The notes under the pieces are model-generated. The model saw nothing but the letters and a program-made list of their open reading frames with translations. It had not been told where the DNA came from and did not search any database. Positions 40,918 to 50,045 of a DNA stretch of 64,000 bases are shown piece by piece (position 1 is the stretch's first letter; every line of letters starts with the position of its first letter). Both the position numbers and the translations under genes were made by a program. Source of the DNA: Planctomycetota bacterium (GTDB taxonomy: Bacteria; Planctomycetota; UBA1135; UBA2386). The stretch is taken from positions 3,456,001-3,520,000 of the forward strand of contig OZ245006.1 of NCBI GenBank assembly GCA_965223545.1, given 5' to 3'.

Positions 40918-42592
40918 AGAAGAGGGTGGAGATGTCGCGGAAGACCGCGCGGATCGTGTCCACCGAGCCGGTGTAGCTGCGTCCGCGGCTGACGTCGGCG
41001 ATCTTGTCGACCACGACGCGGTCCACGTCGTTGCCGTAGGCGATGGCGAAGATGCGGACCTCGTCGGTGCCGCGCGCCGCCTGCAGGTGTTCCACCAGCG
41101 GTGCCAGCTGCATCTGGCTGTTGCGGTCGGCGCCGTCGGAGAGCGCGACCACCGCGGTCGTGCGGCCGGTGGCCGCCCGCCCCTGCAGATGGTCGTGGGC
41201 CGAGGCCAGGGCGTCGTACAACGCCGTGCCGCCGTCGGCCTCCAGGCCGCGCAGGTGCGCGAGCAGCGCCGGCCGGGCGTCGCCGACCCGCTGGTCGCGG
41301 GCCAGCCATCGCAACTCGTCGCTGAACTGCAAGAACGACACCCGATCTTCCTCGCCGAGCAGCTGTAGCAGCTGCTCGACGCCGCGCTTGGCCTCGTGCA
41401 GGCGCGCGCCCTTCATGCTGCCCGACGTATCGAACACCAGCACCACGTCGCTGTGCTTCTTGTGCTTTGCCCACAGCGACTGCCCGGCGCGCAGCACGTC
41501 GATCGAAGGCATCGGCAGCGACGCCTGCGGCTGGCGCGCGTCGACGCCGTGCGCACCGTCCAGCGGTGGCTCGAAGCCCACCGCTGGATGCACCGGGCGG
41601 AAGCCGAGCTGCATCGCGGCGCGCTGCTCCTTCTCCGACAGCAGGTGCTCGACGTACAGCTGCGCGGCCTCGCGATGTGCCGCGGTGACCCACTCGCGTT
41701 GCACGACTCCGCACGGATGGTCGCTCCAATACGTGCCATCGCGCGGGTAGATGGCGACGACCGGATGCGGCAGATCGACCGTCGCCGCGCGCTGCGCGCA
41801 GGAGACGACGGTGTGCTCGAAGACCACCGCGGCGCTCAGCGACGTCGGCCCGCCGCGCGCGAACGCGTCGCCGAACACTCCACCGTCGCTGCCGTAGTGC
41901 ACCACGGTGCGCTCGAGGCGCGCCAGCAGCGCGCCCACGTCGCCGTTGCTCAGGTCGTCGACGCGCAGCGGTCGATCGCCGCCCAGTGCCGCGTGCGCCA
42001 CGGCGAGCACGGTCAACATCCCGCTGTCGCTGTGCTCGGGGTGGGCGTGGCCGAAGCGAAAGGAACCCCACTTCCCGCCCGTTGACGCGGTCCACGCCGC
42101 CGGCTCGCTCGAGCGCACCACCGCGGCCCAATCGGCGCCACCGCCGCCGAACGCGGCCGCGCAGGGCTGCCAGGTGGCAACCACCAGCGGCGACACCAGG
42201 AGGGACTCGGAGCGGGGCACCAGCTCGTCGCCGCCGGCGTCCACCGCGCGCGCATTGGCCAGCGCGAGCCCCATCGCCGAGGTCGGGCTGAGCAGGTGGG
42301 CCCGCAGCTCGCCGTCCCCGACCGCGACCCCGAGGTCGACCGACGGCAGCGCCTCGGTCTCGACCACCACGGAGTCACCGCTTGCGGTACGCGGCTGACC
42401 CGCCGCGAAGCGCGCGGTGGCACCGGCGATCCAGGCCGCCTTGTCGGTGCTGTGGGCAAAGACCAGCGTCACCGGCTCTTGCGCACCGGCGAGCGCGAGC
42501 GGCCCACCGAGCAAACCAGCGGCAATCGCGATGCGCCGGGCCGCCGCAAGCGCGGCGGCCCAGCGCCCGCCCCTGGGGAGGGTCACGGACAC
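40916..42592 (-). CDS. Solute-binding domain + von Willebrand A domain protein (YfbK-like)
   Basis: SBP part (SPLVVA, FRFGHAHP, DHP) followed by MIDAS DTSGSM, GGTALYD, LSDG, IAYG. Start estimated. Confidence 0.85.
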   Translation of the reverse strand: MSVTLPRGGRWAAALAAARRIAIAAGLLGGPLALAGAQEPVTLVFAHSTDKAAWIAGATARFAAGQPRTASGDSVVVETEALPSVDLGVAVGDGELRAHLLSPTSAMGLALANARAVDAGGDELVPRSESLLVSPLVVATWQPCAAAFGGGGADWAAVVRSSEPAAWTASTGGKWGSFRFGHAHPEHSDSGMLTVLAVAHAALGGDRPLRVDDLSNGDVGALLARLERTVVHYGSDGGVFGDAFARGGPTSLSAAVVFEHTVVSCAQRAATVDLPHPVVAIYPRDGTYWSDHPCGVVQREWVTAAHREAAQLYVEHLLSEKEQRAAMQLGFRPVHPAVGFEPPLDGAHGVDARQPQASLPMPSIDVLRAGQSLWAKHKKHSDVVLVFDTSGSMKGARLHEAKRGVEQLLQLLGEEDRVSFLQFSDELRWLARDQRVGDARPALLAHLRGLEADGGTALYDALASAHDHLQGRAATGRTTAVVALSDGADRNSQMQLAPLVEHLQAARGTDEVRIFAIAYGNDVDRVVVDKIADVSRGRSYTGSVDTIRAVFRDISTLF

Positions 42593-42731
42593 GCGCTGGA
42601 TCTTGAGCCCGCCGGCGGCTCGGCGAAACCCCGGATTCTCGCGGAGATGTTGTTTCCGCTCGCACCAGGACCTATCGCGGGCAGAATCCGGAGTCCCGAA
42701 CGGCTCCCCCCCTCGCTCTCGAGAGAAACCG

Positions 42732-43487
42732 ATGCACAAGCCCCTGACCGGCGCCCACGGCGGCGTCCTCGTCCCCCTGGTGGTCCTCGCCGTCGCCGTC
42801 CTCGGCGGCCTCTACTTCTTCAGCGACGTGTTCCGCACCAAAGTGCAGGCCACGGCCCGCGATCTCAGCGAGTGGACACCGGAGAACATCGCCGCCGATC
42901 CGGTCGGCTATCTCGACTTCTGCGAGACCGAGACGAAGAAGACGCAGACCAAGCTCGAAGCGAGCCGCATCTCGGTGGCGCAGCGGCGCGCCCAGCTGGT
43001 CGGCATGAAGGAGAAACACGAGACCACGCTGACGAACGGCAGCAAGGCTCTCGAGGAGTTGAAGACGGCCTACCGCGCCGCGGAGACCGCCGGCCAATGG
43101 CCGCTGAGCTGGGCGGGACGCTCGCTCGACCAAGAGAAGGCCAAGCTGCAGATCGTCGAGCTGCACCGCGAAGTCCAGAGCAAGAAAGGGCTCATCGAGA
43201 AGGTCGACAACGGCCTGAAGAGCCTCGATGCGCAGGTCAGCAAGCTGCAACAGGCGAAGGCGACCTGCGAGAAGCAGCTGGCCGAGATCCAGACCAGCCG
43301 CGAGATGCTCAAGGTCGAGGAGATCACGCAAGACCTGACCGAGCAGCTGATCGACATGAAGGGCGTGCTGGCGTCGACGACCGCCCTGATCGTCGACGAA
43401 GACACCGGCCCGCTCGGCCTCGAAGAGGCCGCCGAGACCGTCGCCTCACAGGTCGACGACGCCGAGTTCGCCGAGATCATGAAGTAG
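42732..43487 (+). CDS. Membrane-anchored coiled-coil protein, PspA/IM30-like
   Basis: One TM helix, ADPVGYL, long heptad coiled coil, acidic terminal helix VDDAEFAEIMK. Confidence 0.6.
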   Translation: MHKPLTGAHGGVLVPLVVLAVAVLGGLYFFSDVFRTKVQATARDLSEWTPENIAADPVGYLDFCETETKKTQTKLEASRISVAQRRAQLVGMKEKHETTLTNGSKALEELKTAYRAAETAGQWPLSWAGRSLDQEKAKLQIVELHREVQSKKGLIEKVDNGLKSLDAQVSKLQQAKATCEKQLAEIQTSREMLKVEEITQDLTEQLIDMKGVLASTTALIVDEDTGPLGLEEAAETVASQVDDAEFAEIMK

Positions 43488-43494
43488 CCGGTCG

Positions 43495-44325
43495 ATGGCC
43501 TGGGTCCCCGTCTCGACCGTCGCGGTCTGCGCGGTGGCCTGTGTGCTCGCCGCCGAGTTCGCCGGCGGCCTGCGCGAGCGCCGGCCGTCGAGCCTGCTGT
43601 GGCTGCTGATCGCCGCGGTGACGTTCTGCGTCGCCGTCGCGCTGACGAGGGGTCGCGCGCCGGCCGCGGACCTGCAGCGCTGGATCGCCATCGGCGCACC
43701 CCTGACCGCCGCGGCGGTTTGCCTGTGGTTCGCCCGCGCGCACGGCGTGCGCCGCCAACCCCTCGGCAGCGTGGTCAGCGGAGTGCTGGCGCTGTCGCTC
43801 GGAAGCCTCGCCGTATTCGGGTTGGGCGGGACACCATCCCCCGACGCGACGGTCAGCGCCGCCGAGACCGACACCAGCCGCAACATCGACGACCAGGTGA
43901 CCCGGCTCGGCAGTCGCCGGCGGGCGCTCGAGCTGCGGCTCACGCGCGACATTCCGCAGTTTCGACGCAAGCTGCGCGAGGACGCGAGCACGGCGCGCAA
44001 CGAGCTGCAAACGGCCGGCGCCGCCAATCGCGAGCGCCTGCGGGAAGAGCTCCGCGAGGTCGCCAAGCTGATGCTGGCAGTGGACCGCGAGGAGAGCGAC
44101 GCGCGCGAGCTGACGACCCGCATCGGGCAGGAGATCCGCCGGCTCGAACGCCTGCGAACGTCAAGACAAGTCCTCGCCGACGACACCGCCCTCGTCGCCG
44201 AGCTCGATGCGATCTGGCAGCGGGCCGGTCAGCAGCTCAGCCAGCCGATCGACGACCGCCTCGGAACCGGCGCGATCGCCGACGCGGAAATCGAGGCCAA
44301 GCTCGACGAACTCATCCGACCGTAG
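43495..44325 (+). CDS. Multi-pass membrane protein with C-terminal coiled coil
   Basis: About 4 hydrophobic helices, then a coiled coil ending ADAEIEAKLDEL. Confidence 0.6.
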   Translation: MAWVPVSTVAVCAVACVLAAEFAGGLRERRPSSLLWLLIAAVTFCVAVALTRGRAPAADLQRWIAIGAPLTAAAVCLWFARAHGVRRQPLGSVVSGVLALSLGSLAVFGLGGTPSPDATVSAAETDTSRNIDDQVTRLGSRRRALELRLTRDIPQFRRKLREDASTARNELQTAGAANRERLREELREVAKLMLAVDREESDARELTTRIGQEIRRLERLRTSRQVLADDTALVAELDAIWQRAGQQLSQPIDDRLGTGAIADAEIEAKLDELIRP

Positions 44326-44353
44326 GGCACGCCGCACATTCCCGGCAGCCCGC

Positions 44354-44388
44354 GGACTGGGGGGACTGAAAGGACTGGGGACTGAAAG
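44354..44388. repeat. Short tandem GGACTG repeats
   Basis: ggactggggggactgaaa-ggactggggactgaaa-g. Confidence 0.6.
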
Positions 44389-44392
44389 TCGG

Positions 44393-44493
44393 GGGCCCGG
44401 CTCGCCGCGCGGCGCCGTGCAGTGACGGGCCGAGTCGGAATGCGAAGAGGAGGAAGGGATGACCGGCCCCGGAGCTGGCGGCGAGCCGGGCCC
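44393..44493. repeat. 16-bp perfect inverted repeat with 69-nt spacer
   Basis: gggcccggctcgccgc (44393-44408) / gcggcgagccgggccc (44478-44493). Confidence 0.75.
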
Positions 44494-44776
44494 ACCGTGA
44501 TCGGTCGATTCGCGCCGCGAACAAATCTCGCGTCGCTCACCAGCACCAATAGGCCACACCAGCAACGTGCTTCCATGCGTGGTTTTCCGCATTCCGTCCG
44601 TCGCCACGCCTGAGGCCATCGCCCGGCACGTCCCCATCGGGGGTCGATCCCGGTGCGGACGGAGCGATAGCATGGAGTTCCATCCTCTGCCCCGGCTTTC
44701 TACGGCCCACTGGTCGACGCGCGTCGTAGCGCGCCGATCGTGCAGGCCGCCGCGGTAGACGTATGCGAGCGCGGCC

Positions 44777-45181
44777 GTGTCCACGATTGCTCCGCCAAAG
44801 ATCATCTTGTTCTGCGACGACGACCCCGCGATCCGGCAGGTGAGCGGAATCGTCCTGCGGCACGCCGGCTACCGAGTGATCCCGGCCGCCGATGGAGCAG
44901 CGGCGCTGGCGGCGGCGGCGAACGAGGCGCGGATCGACCTCGCCATCGTCGACGTGATCCTGCCGGATGCGGACGGCCGCGGGCTCATCCACCAACTGCG
45001 GCAGAGCCACCCCGACCTGCGCACCTTGCTCGCTTCGGGGCTGCGCGAAGCGGCGGTCTCGGACCCGCGCGAAGCCGCGGACGCACCTGCCGGCACGGCC
45101 GGCGAAACGCCCATTCTCTACAAGCCGTTCGCGGCGCACGAGCTGTTGGCCGCGGTCCGCCAGGCGCTGGCGTCGACCTGA
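44777..45181 (+). CDS. Single-domain response regulator receiver
   Basis: ILFCDDD, DLAIVDVILP, SG, KPF. Confidence 0.88.
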   Translation: MSTIAPPKIILFCDDDPAIRQVSGIVLRHAGYRVIPAADGAAALAAAANEARIDLAIVDVILPDADGRGLIHQLRQSHPDLRTLLASGLREAAVSDPREAADAPAGTAGETPILYKPFAAHELLAAVRQALAST

Positions 45182-45341
45182 AGGACCGGTGGTCCGAACG
45201 GGCCGCGCTCAGTGTCGACAAACACGACACCGCGCCGCGCGCAAGCCCGAGTCGAGCCCGGAGGCGACAGCTGCCGACAAGACCATGGGAAGAACCGCGG
45301 TCGTCCGCGCTTCACGGACACTGCCGAGCCTCGCGCTGAAC

Positions 45342-46112
45342 ATGGACATCTTGACGGTCTTGGGCCTGCTGATCGCGCTCGCCGCGATCGTCGGTGGGCA
45401 GCTGCTCGAGGGGGGACATGTCGGCTCGCTCCTGCAGACCGCGGCGTTCCTCATCGTCATCGTCGGCTCGCTCGGCGCCACCATGGTCGCCACCCCGACA
45501 CAAGACCTGCGCGGCGCGGCCCTGGCGCTGCGCGACGTGCTGATCCCGCCGCGCCACGACTTCCGCGCCATGCTCGAGAAGATCCTGTCGCTGGCGACGC
45601 TGGCCCGCCGTGAGGGGTTGCTGGCGCTCGAGTCGTACATCACGAGCACCAAGCAGCACCCGTTCTTGGTCAAGTGCCTGATGCTGGCCATCGATGGCAG
45701 CAGCTCGGAAGTGATCCGCGAGACCGTCGAAACCGACATGGCCATCGACGAAGAGAACAAGCGGGCCGCGGCGCGCTTCTGGGAGACCTGGGGCTCGATC
45801 TGTCCAACCGTCGGTGTGCTCGGCGCGGTCATCGGCCTAATCCACGTCATGGAGAACATCGGCTCCCCCGACGAGCTCGGGCCGGGCATCGCCGTCGCCT
45901 TCGTCGCCACGGTGTATGGAGTCGGCTTCGCCAACCTCGTCTGCCTGCCGCTCGCCTTCAAGCTGAAGCGACAGATCGAGCGCGACCAACAGATCAAGAG
46001 CATGGTGCTCGAGGGCGTGGTCGCCATCCAGTCCGGCGTGGCGCCGGGCGCGCTGCGCACCCGCCTGTCGGCGTATCTCGGTTCGACTACCGACGCCAAC
46101 CGAAAGGCGTGA
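45342..46112 (+). CDS. motA: Flagellar stator protein MotA
   Basis: EGGH, ARREGLLALE, PTVGVLGAVIGLI, IAVAFVATVYG. Confidence 0.92.
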   Translation: MDILTVLGLLIALAAIVGGQLLEGGHVGSLLQTAAFLIVIVGSLGATMVATPTQDLRGAALALRDVLIPPRHDFRAMLEKILSLATLARREGLLALESYITSTKQHPFLVKCLMLAIDGSSSEVIRETVETDMAIDEENKRAAARFWETWGSICPTVGVLGAVIGLIHVMENIGSPDELGPGIAVAFVATVYGVGFANLVCLPLAFKLKRQIERDQQIKSMVLEGVVAIQSGVAPGALRTRLSAYLGSTTDANRKA

Positions 46113-46117
46113 CGCCG

Positions 46118-46843
46118 ATGCTGCGCCGCGCACGCCGACTGGAAGACGGCACCGATCCCAATCGGTGGATGATCAGCTACGCGGACATGATCACGCTGCT
46201 GTTCGTCGTCTTCGTCATCCTGTACGCGCAGAGCGAAGTCAACGTCCGCAAGGCCGAGCAGCTCCGTCGCAGCCTCGCCTTCGCGCTCAACACCGCCGGC
46301 AAGGGCAAGACCTACCACGACGGTCTGCACGAGCGCGGCGATGTCGGCGGCGACCTGCTCGAGGACGCTCTGCTGCTGACCGCGCAGAAGGGTCCGATGA
46401 TGGAGTTCCTGCGACAGTCGCTGCCCCGCGAATTCGAGGAGATCACCGGCCGCTCGATCAAGCTCGACGTGACCAACGACACGGTGTCGTTCTCCGCCCC
46501 GCTCGGCGCGTTCTTCATGCCTGGCAGCCGGCGCCTGCGCCCCGAGGTGCGGCCGTGGTTGTCGGAGCTCGTCGCGCAGTCCTACAAGTTCGCCTCCAAC
46601 ATCCGCATCCACGTCGCGGGACCGCGTCTCCGCATCGCGACGAGGACCGACGGCTCACCGCTCGAAGCGCGCCATCTGTGCCTCGAGCGACTGGCGCACC
46701 TGCAAGACCTGGTCGGCTGGACGAGCACGGTGATGCACGACCACGTCACGACGCAGTTCGCGTACACGGGGGCGCCGTCCACCGTCGAACAGTGGGAGGA
46801 CGACGCGGTCCTGACGTTGTACTTCGCCAACTCGGGCGCGTGA
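46118..46843 (+). CDS. motB: Stator protein MotB with degenerate OmpA-like domain
   Basis: RWMISYADMITLLFVVFVILYA TM motif with conserved Asp. Follows motA. Confidence 0.82.
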   Translation: MLRRARRLEDGTDPNRWMISYADMITLLFVVFVILYAQSEVNVRKAEQLRRSLAFALNTAGKGKTYHDGLHERGDVGGDLLEDALLLTAQKGPMMEFLRQSLPREFEEITGRSIKLDVTNDTVSFSAPLGAFFMPGSRRLRPEVRPWLSELVAQSYKFASNIRIHVAGPRLRIATRTDGSPLEARHLCLERLAHLQDLVGWTSTVMHDHVTTQFAYTGAPSTVEQWEDDAVLTLYFANSGA

Positions 46844-46867
46844 CGAAAGCCTGCGCCGGACGCCGGG

Positions 46868-47950
46868 TCACTGCACGCTCAGCGCACCGAACGCCCTCTC
46901 GACCGGCGCGGTCGTCGACGTGAACAGCACCGTGTTGGCAGATGCGGTTGCCGACCGGCCACTGAGAACTTGGTTCTGATACTCCGCGATCCAGCGGGCC
47001 GCCGCACTGTCGGTGGTGCCGGGCGCAAAGGCGATGAGCACGTCATCGTCAGCCCAAGTGCAGTTGTACCAGTGGAAGTGGCTCTCGATGCGCACCGTGG
47101 TCGACGTCAGCACCGGCAAGGTCATCCGGATCATGTGGCCCACGGGACCGATCGGCGCGGCCGTGATCGCCGTGGTGTTGCGGGAGGCGCGCACCTTGAA
47201 GGCCAGACCGGCATCGGCCCGGTCGGAGCCGACGAACGAGCAGCCCGACAGCACGTTGCCGCGAACGCCGGCGAGCACCAGCGGGCCGGCAGCCAGCGCC
47301 GAGCCCTTGCCGACGATGACCGACACGTCACCCACCGCGGTTGCCGGCACAGCGCCGATCCGCGCCACGATCTGGTTGCGCGTCGCCTGCACGACCGCGG
47401 CGCTCGCCGACTCGCCGGCCAAGAAGACACAGTTGTTGCCGACCAACGGATCGAACCCGCTGCCGCGGATCACGATCAGATCGCCTTCGGCGCCGCTGAG
47501 CGGCGACACCGAGGCGATGCGCAGGATGCCGCGGAAGTCGAGCGCCAGTCCCTGGCTGGCGCGGATCACGCCGGTCGCCGGGTCGAACGGCAGGGCCTGG
47601 GCGTAGAACCTGCCGACCACTCTGCCCGGCACCATGAGGCCGAAGGCGGCGCTGCCGGTCGCATCGGCGACCAGGTTCACCTGCGCACCCGGCGCCACCA
47701 GCAGTCGGCAGCCGCCGGGCAGTAGGACGCTGGTGCGGTTCGCCCCGAGCAGCAACGCCACCGGCTTGCCGGGCAGGGCGTTGCGCACGCGGAAGTCGAG
47801 GCGGTGAGCGGTGCCGACGATCGTGTCCACCACCGACAACGTCGCCGAGCAGCGCGAGCCGAAAGACTGGACGCCGACCGGCAGAGTGGTCGCCGACTGG
47901 GCGACCAAAGATGTCGCGAGCAAGAGGCCCGCCAATGCGCGAGGGTTCAT
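46868..47950 (-). CDS. Secreted IPT/TIG domain protein
   Basis: GGAG RBS, signal peptide, IASVSPLSGAEGDLIVIRGSGF TIG motif. Confidence 0.7.
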   Translation of the reverse strand: MNPRALAGLLLATSLVAQSATTLPVGVQSFGSRCSATLSVVDTIVGTAHRLDFRVRNALPGKPVALLLGANRTSVLLPGGCRLLVAPGAQVNLVADATGSAAFGLMVPGRVVGRFYAQALPFDPATGVIRASQGLALDFRGILRIASVSPLSGAEGDLIVIRGSGFDPLVGNNCVFLAGESASAAVVQATRNQIVARIGAVPATAVGDVSVIVGKGSALAAGPLVLAGVRGNVLSGCSFVGSDRADAGLAFKVRASRNTTAITAAPIGPVGHMIRMTLPVLTSTTVRIESHFHWYNCTWADDDVLIAFAPGTTDSAAARWIAEYQNQVLSGRSATASANTVLFTSTTAPVERAFGALSVQ

Positions 47951-48069
47951 CGCGTTCTCCTTTGCGTTTGTGTCCGCCGCAGTGCGAGACTCCGGCATTC
48001 ACCGGAACGCGAAGGAGAGGGCGCGCCCCAGGCAGAAAAACACCCGCCGAGCCAGCCCCAAGGCCGACG

Positions 48070-49251
48070 TCACGCGTCACCGAGCAAGCCGCGGCCGATG
48101 ATCACCTTCTGGATCATCGAAGTGCCCTCGTAGATCCGCAGCCCCATGACGTCGCGGAGCAGTCGCTCTACCGGGTACTCCGTCGAGTAGCCGCGGCCAC
48201 CGTGCAGCAGCACGGCTTGGTCGGCAGCGCGGGCGGCGGCTTCGGTGGCATACAGCTTGGCGGCAGCGAGATCGGTGGGCTGTTCGCGCCCCTCCCCGCG
48301 CGCGACGGCACAGCGATAGACCAGCTGGCGCGCTGCCGCGAGCTCGACGGCCATGTCGGCGACGCGCTCCTGCACCATCTGGAAGCGGCCGATCGGCGCG
48401 CCGAACTGCTGGCGGCTGCGAGCGAAATCGACGGTCGCGGCCAGCGCGGCGCGGTGGATCCCCAGCGCGCCCGCGGCGACCGAGAGCCGGCCGGCGTTGA
48501 GCGCGCGCATCGCCACGCCGAAGCCACGGCCGACCTCACCGACCACCGCGTCGCCGGGCACTTCGACGCCACGCAACGCGATGTGGGCATGGTCCGAACC
48601 GCGGTGGCCGAGCTCGACCCCCGGCATCGCGGAGCGCTCGATGCCGGTTGCGTCCATCGGCAACAAGAACGCGGTGATGCCGTTGCGACCCAGGGCGGGA
48701 TCGACCGTCGCGAACAGCAAACCGACGTCGGCGACGCCGCCGTTGGTGATCCAGACCTTGTCGCCCTCGAGCCGGTAGCCGCCGCCAACCGGCGTCGCGA
48801 CGGCACGCAGCGAGGCCGGGTCCGAGCCGGCTTCCGGCTCGGTCAGACAGAAGCAGCCGATGGCCCGACCGCCGATCAACGCCGGCAGCCACCGCTCGCG
48901 CTGCGCGGCGTTGGCATCGCGCGCCAGCGCCTGCCCGACCAGCCCGGCCTGTACCGCGAGGAATCCGCGCGCATTGCCGCACACGGCACCGATCTCCTCG
49001 TGCGCGACGACCAGCTGCAGGGGCGACCAGTCGCCGCCGCCCGCCGCCGCCGGCAAGCCACCACCGATCATGCCCGCCGCTGCCAAGTCGTCGACGGTCT
49101 GCCGGCGGAACTCGAAGTCCTCATCCACGCGCCGCGCGTGCGGTTGCAGCACGTCCCGCGCGAACGCGCGCACCGCGAGTGCATGCTGGCGCAGCTCCGG
49201 ACTCAGGTCGGCGTCGGGGAACGCCAGGGTGTCCTGCAGCGCGGACGTCAT
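48070..49251 (-). CDS. Acyl-CoA dehydrogenase
   Basis: LTEPEAGSD, GDKVWITNG, RQQFG, HGGRGY, IYEGTS. Confidence 0.93.
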   Translation of the reverse strand: MTSALQDTLAFPDADLSPELRQHALAVRAFARDVLQPHARRVDEDFEFRRQTVDDLAAAGMIGGGLPAAAGGGDWSPLQLVVAHEEIGAVCGNARGFLAVQAGLVGQALARDANAAQRERWLPALIGGRAIGCFCLTEPEAGSDPASLRAVATPVGGGYRLEGDKVWITNGGVADVGLLFATVDPALGRNGITAFLLPMDATGIERSAMPGVELGHRGSDHAHIALRGVEVPGDAVVGEVGRGFGVAMRALNAGRLSVAAGALGIHRAALAATVDFARSRQQFGAPIGRFQMVQERVADMAVELAAARQLVYRCAVARGEGREQPTDLAAAKLYATEAAARAADQAVLLHGGRGYSTEYPVERLLRDVMGLRIYEGTSMIQKVIIGRGLLGDA

Positions 49252-50045
49252 CGGCCGGTGAACCGCGGCTCGCGCTTCTCGCGCCACGCGGAATAGAACT
49301 CGCGGTGGTCTTGCGCCCGCAGCAACAGCGCCTGGGCCTGCGCCTCCTGCTCGATCGCCGACTCGAGATCCATGCCGGCCTCGTTGACCAGCATCTTCTT
49401 GGTCATCGCCAACGCCAACCGCGGCCCCTGCGCCAAGCGCCGCGCCAGCTGCATCGCCTCGTCCATCAGCGCGGCGGCGGGCACGACGCGGTTGGCCAAC
49501 CCGATGCGCAGACTCTCCTGCGCGTCGATCTTGTCACCGAGCATCAACAACTCGGCCGCACGGCCCGCGCCGACGACCCGCGGCAGGAGATGGGCGGCCC
49601 CCATGTCGGCGCCAGTGAGCCCCACCTTGGTGAACAGGAAGGCGAACTTCGCGTGCTCGGACAACACCCGCAGGTCGCTCGCCAGCGCCAACACCGAACC
49701 GGCGCCCGCCGCGATGCCGTTGACGGCGGCAACGATCGGCTTCGACAGGCGGCGCATGTTGCGCACCACCGCGCCCGTCATCCGCGTGAACGCGAGAGTC
49801 TCGTGCACATCGCGCTCGAACAGCTTGGCGATGATGTCCTCGACGTTGCCGCCGCTGCAAAACCCCTTGCCGGCTCCGGTCAGCACGACCGCGCCCACCG
49901 CCGGGTCGTGCTCCAGCTCGGCGAACAGCCGCTCGAGCTGCCCGTAGATCTCGAACGTCAGCGAGTTGAGCGACTCGGGACGGTTGAGGGTCAGCACGCA
50001 GACGCCGTCATCGTGCCGTTCGAAGAGAAAGTCGTATTCGCTCAT
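49248..50045 (-). CDS. Enoyl-CoA hydratase/isomerase
   Basis: TLNRPE, GFCSGG, KPIVAAVNGIAAGAG, PRFTGR. Confidence 0.92.
   Translation of the reverse strand: MSEYDFLFERHDDGVCVLTLNRPESLNSLTFEIYGQLERLFAELEHDPAVGAVVLTGAGKGFCSGGNVEDIIAKLFERDVHETLAFTRMTGAVVRNMRRLSKPIVAAVNGIAAGAGSVLALASDLRVLSEHAKFAFLFTKVGLTGADMGAAHLLPRVVGAGRAAELLMLGDKIDAQESLRIGLANRVVPAAALMDEAMQLARRLAQGPRLALAMTKKMLVNEAGMDLESAIEQEAQAQALLLRAQDHREFYSAWREKREPRFTGR

Noticed and set aside
45342..46843. motAB as Zorya zorAB
   Set aside because: MotA is ~256 aa with no long cytoplasmic tail, has flagellar-type motifs, and no zorC/D/E are present.
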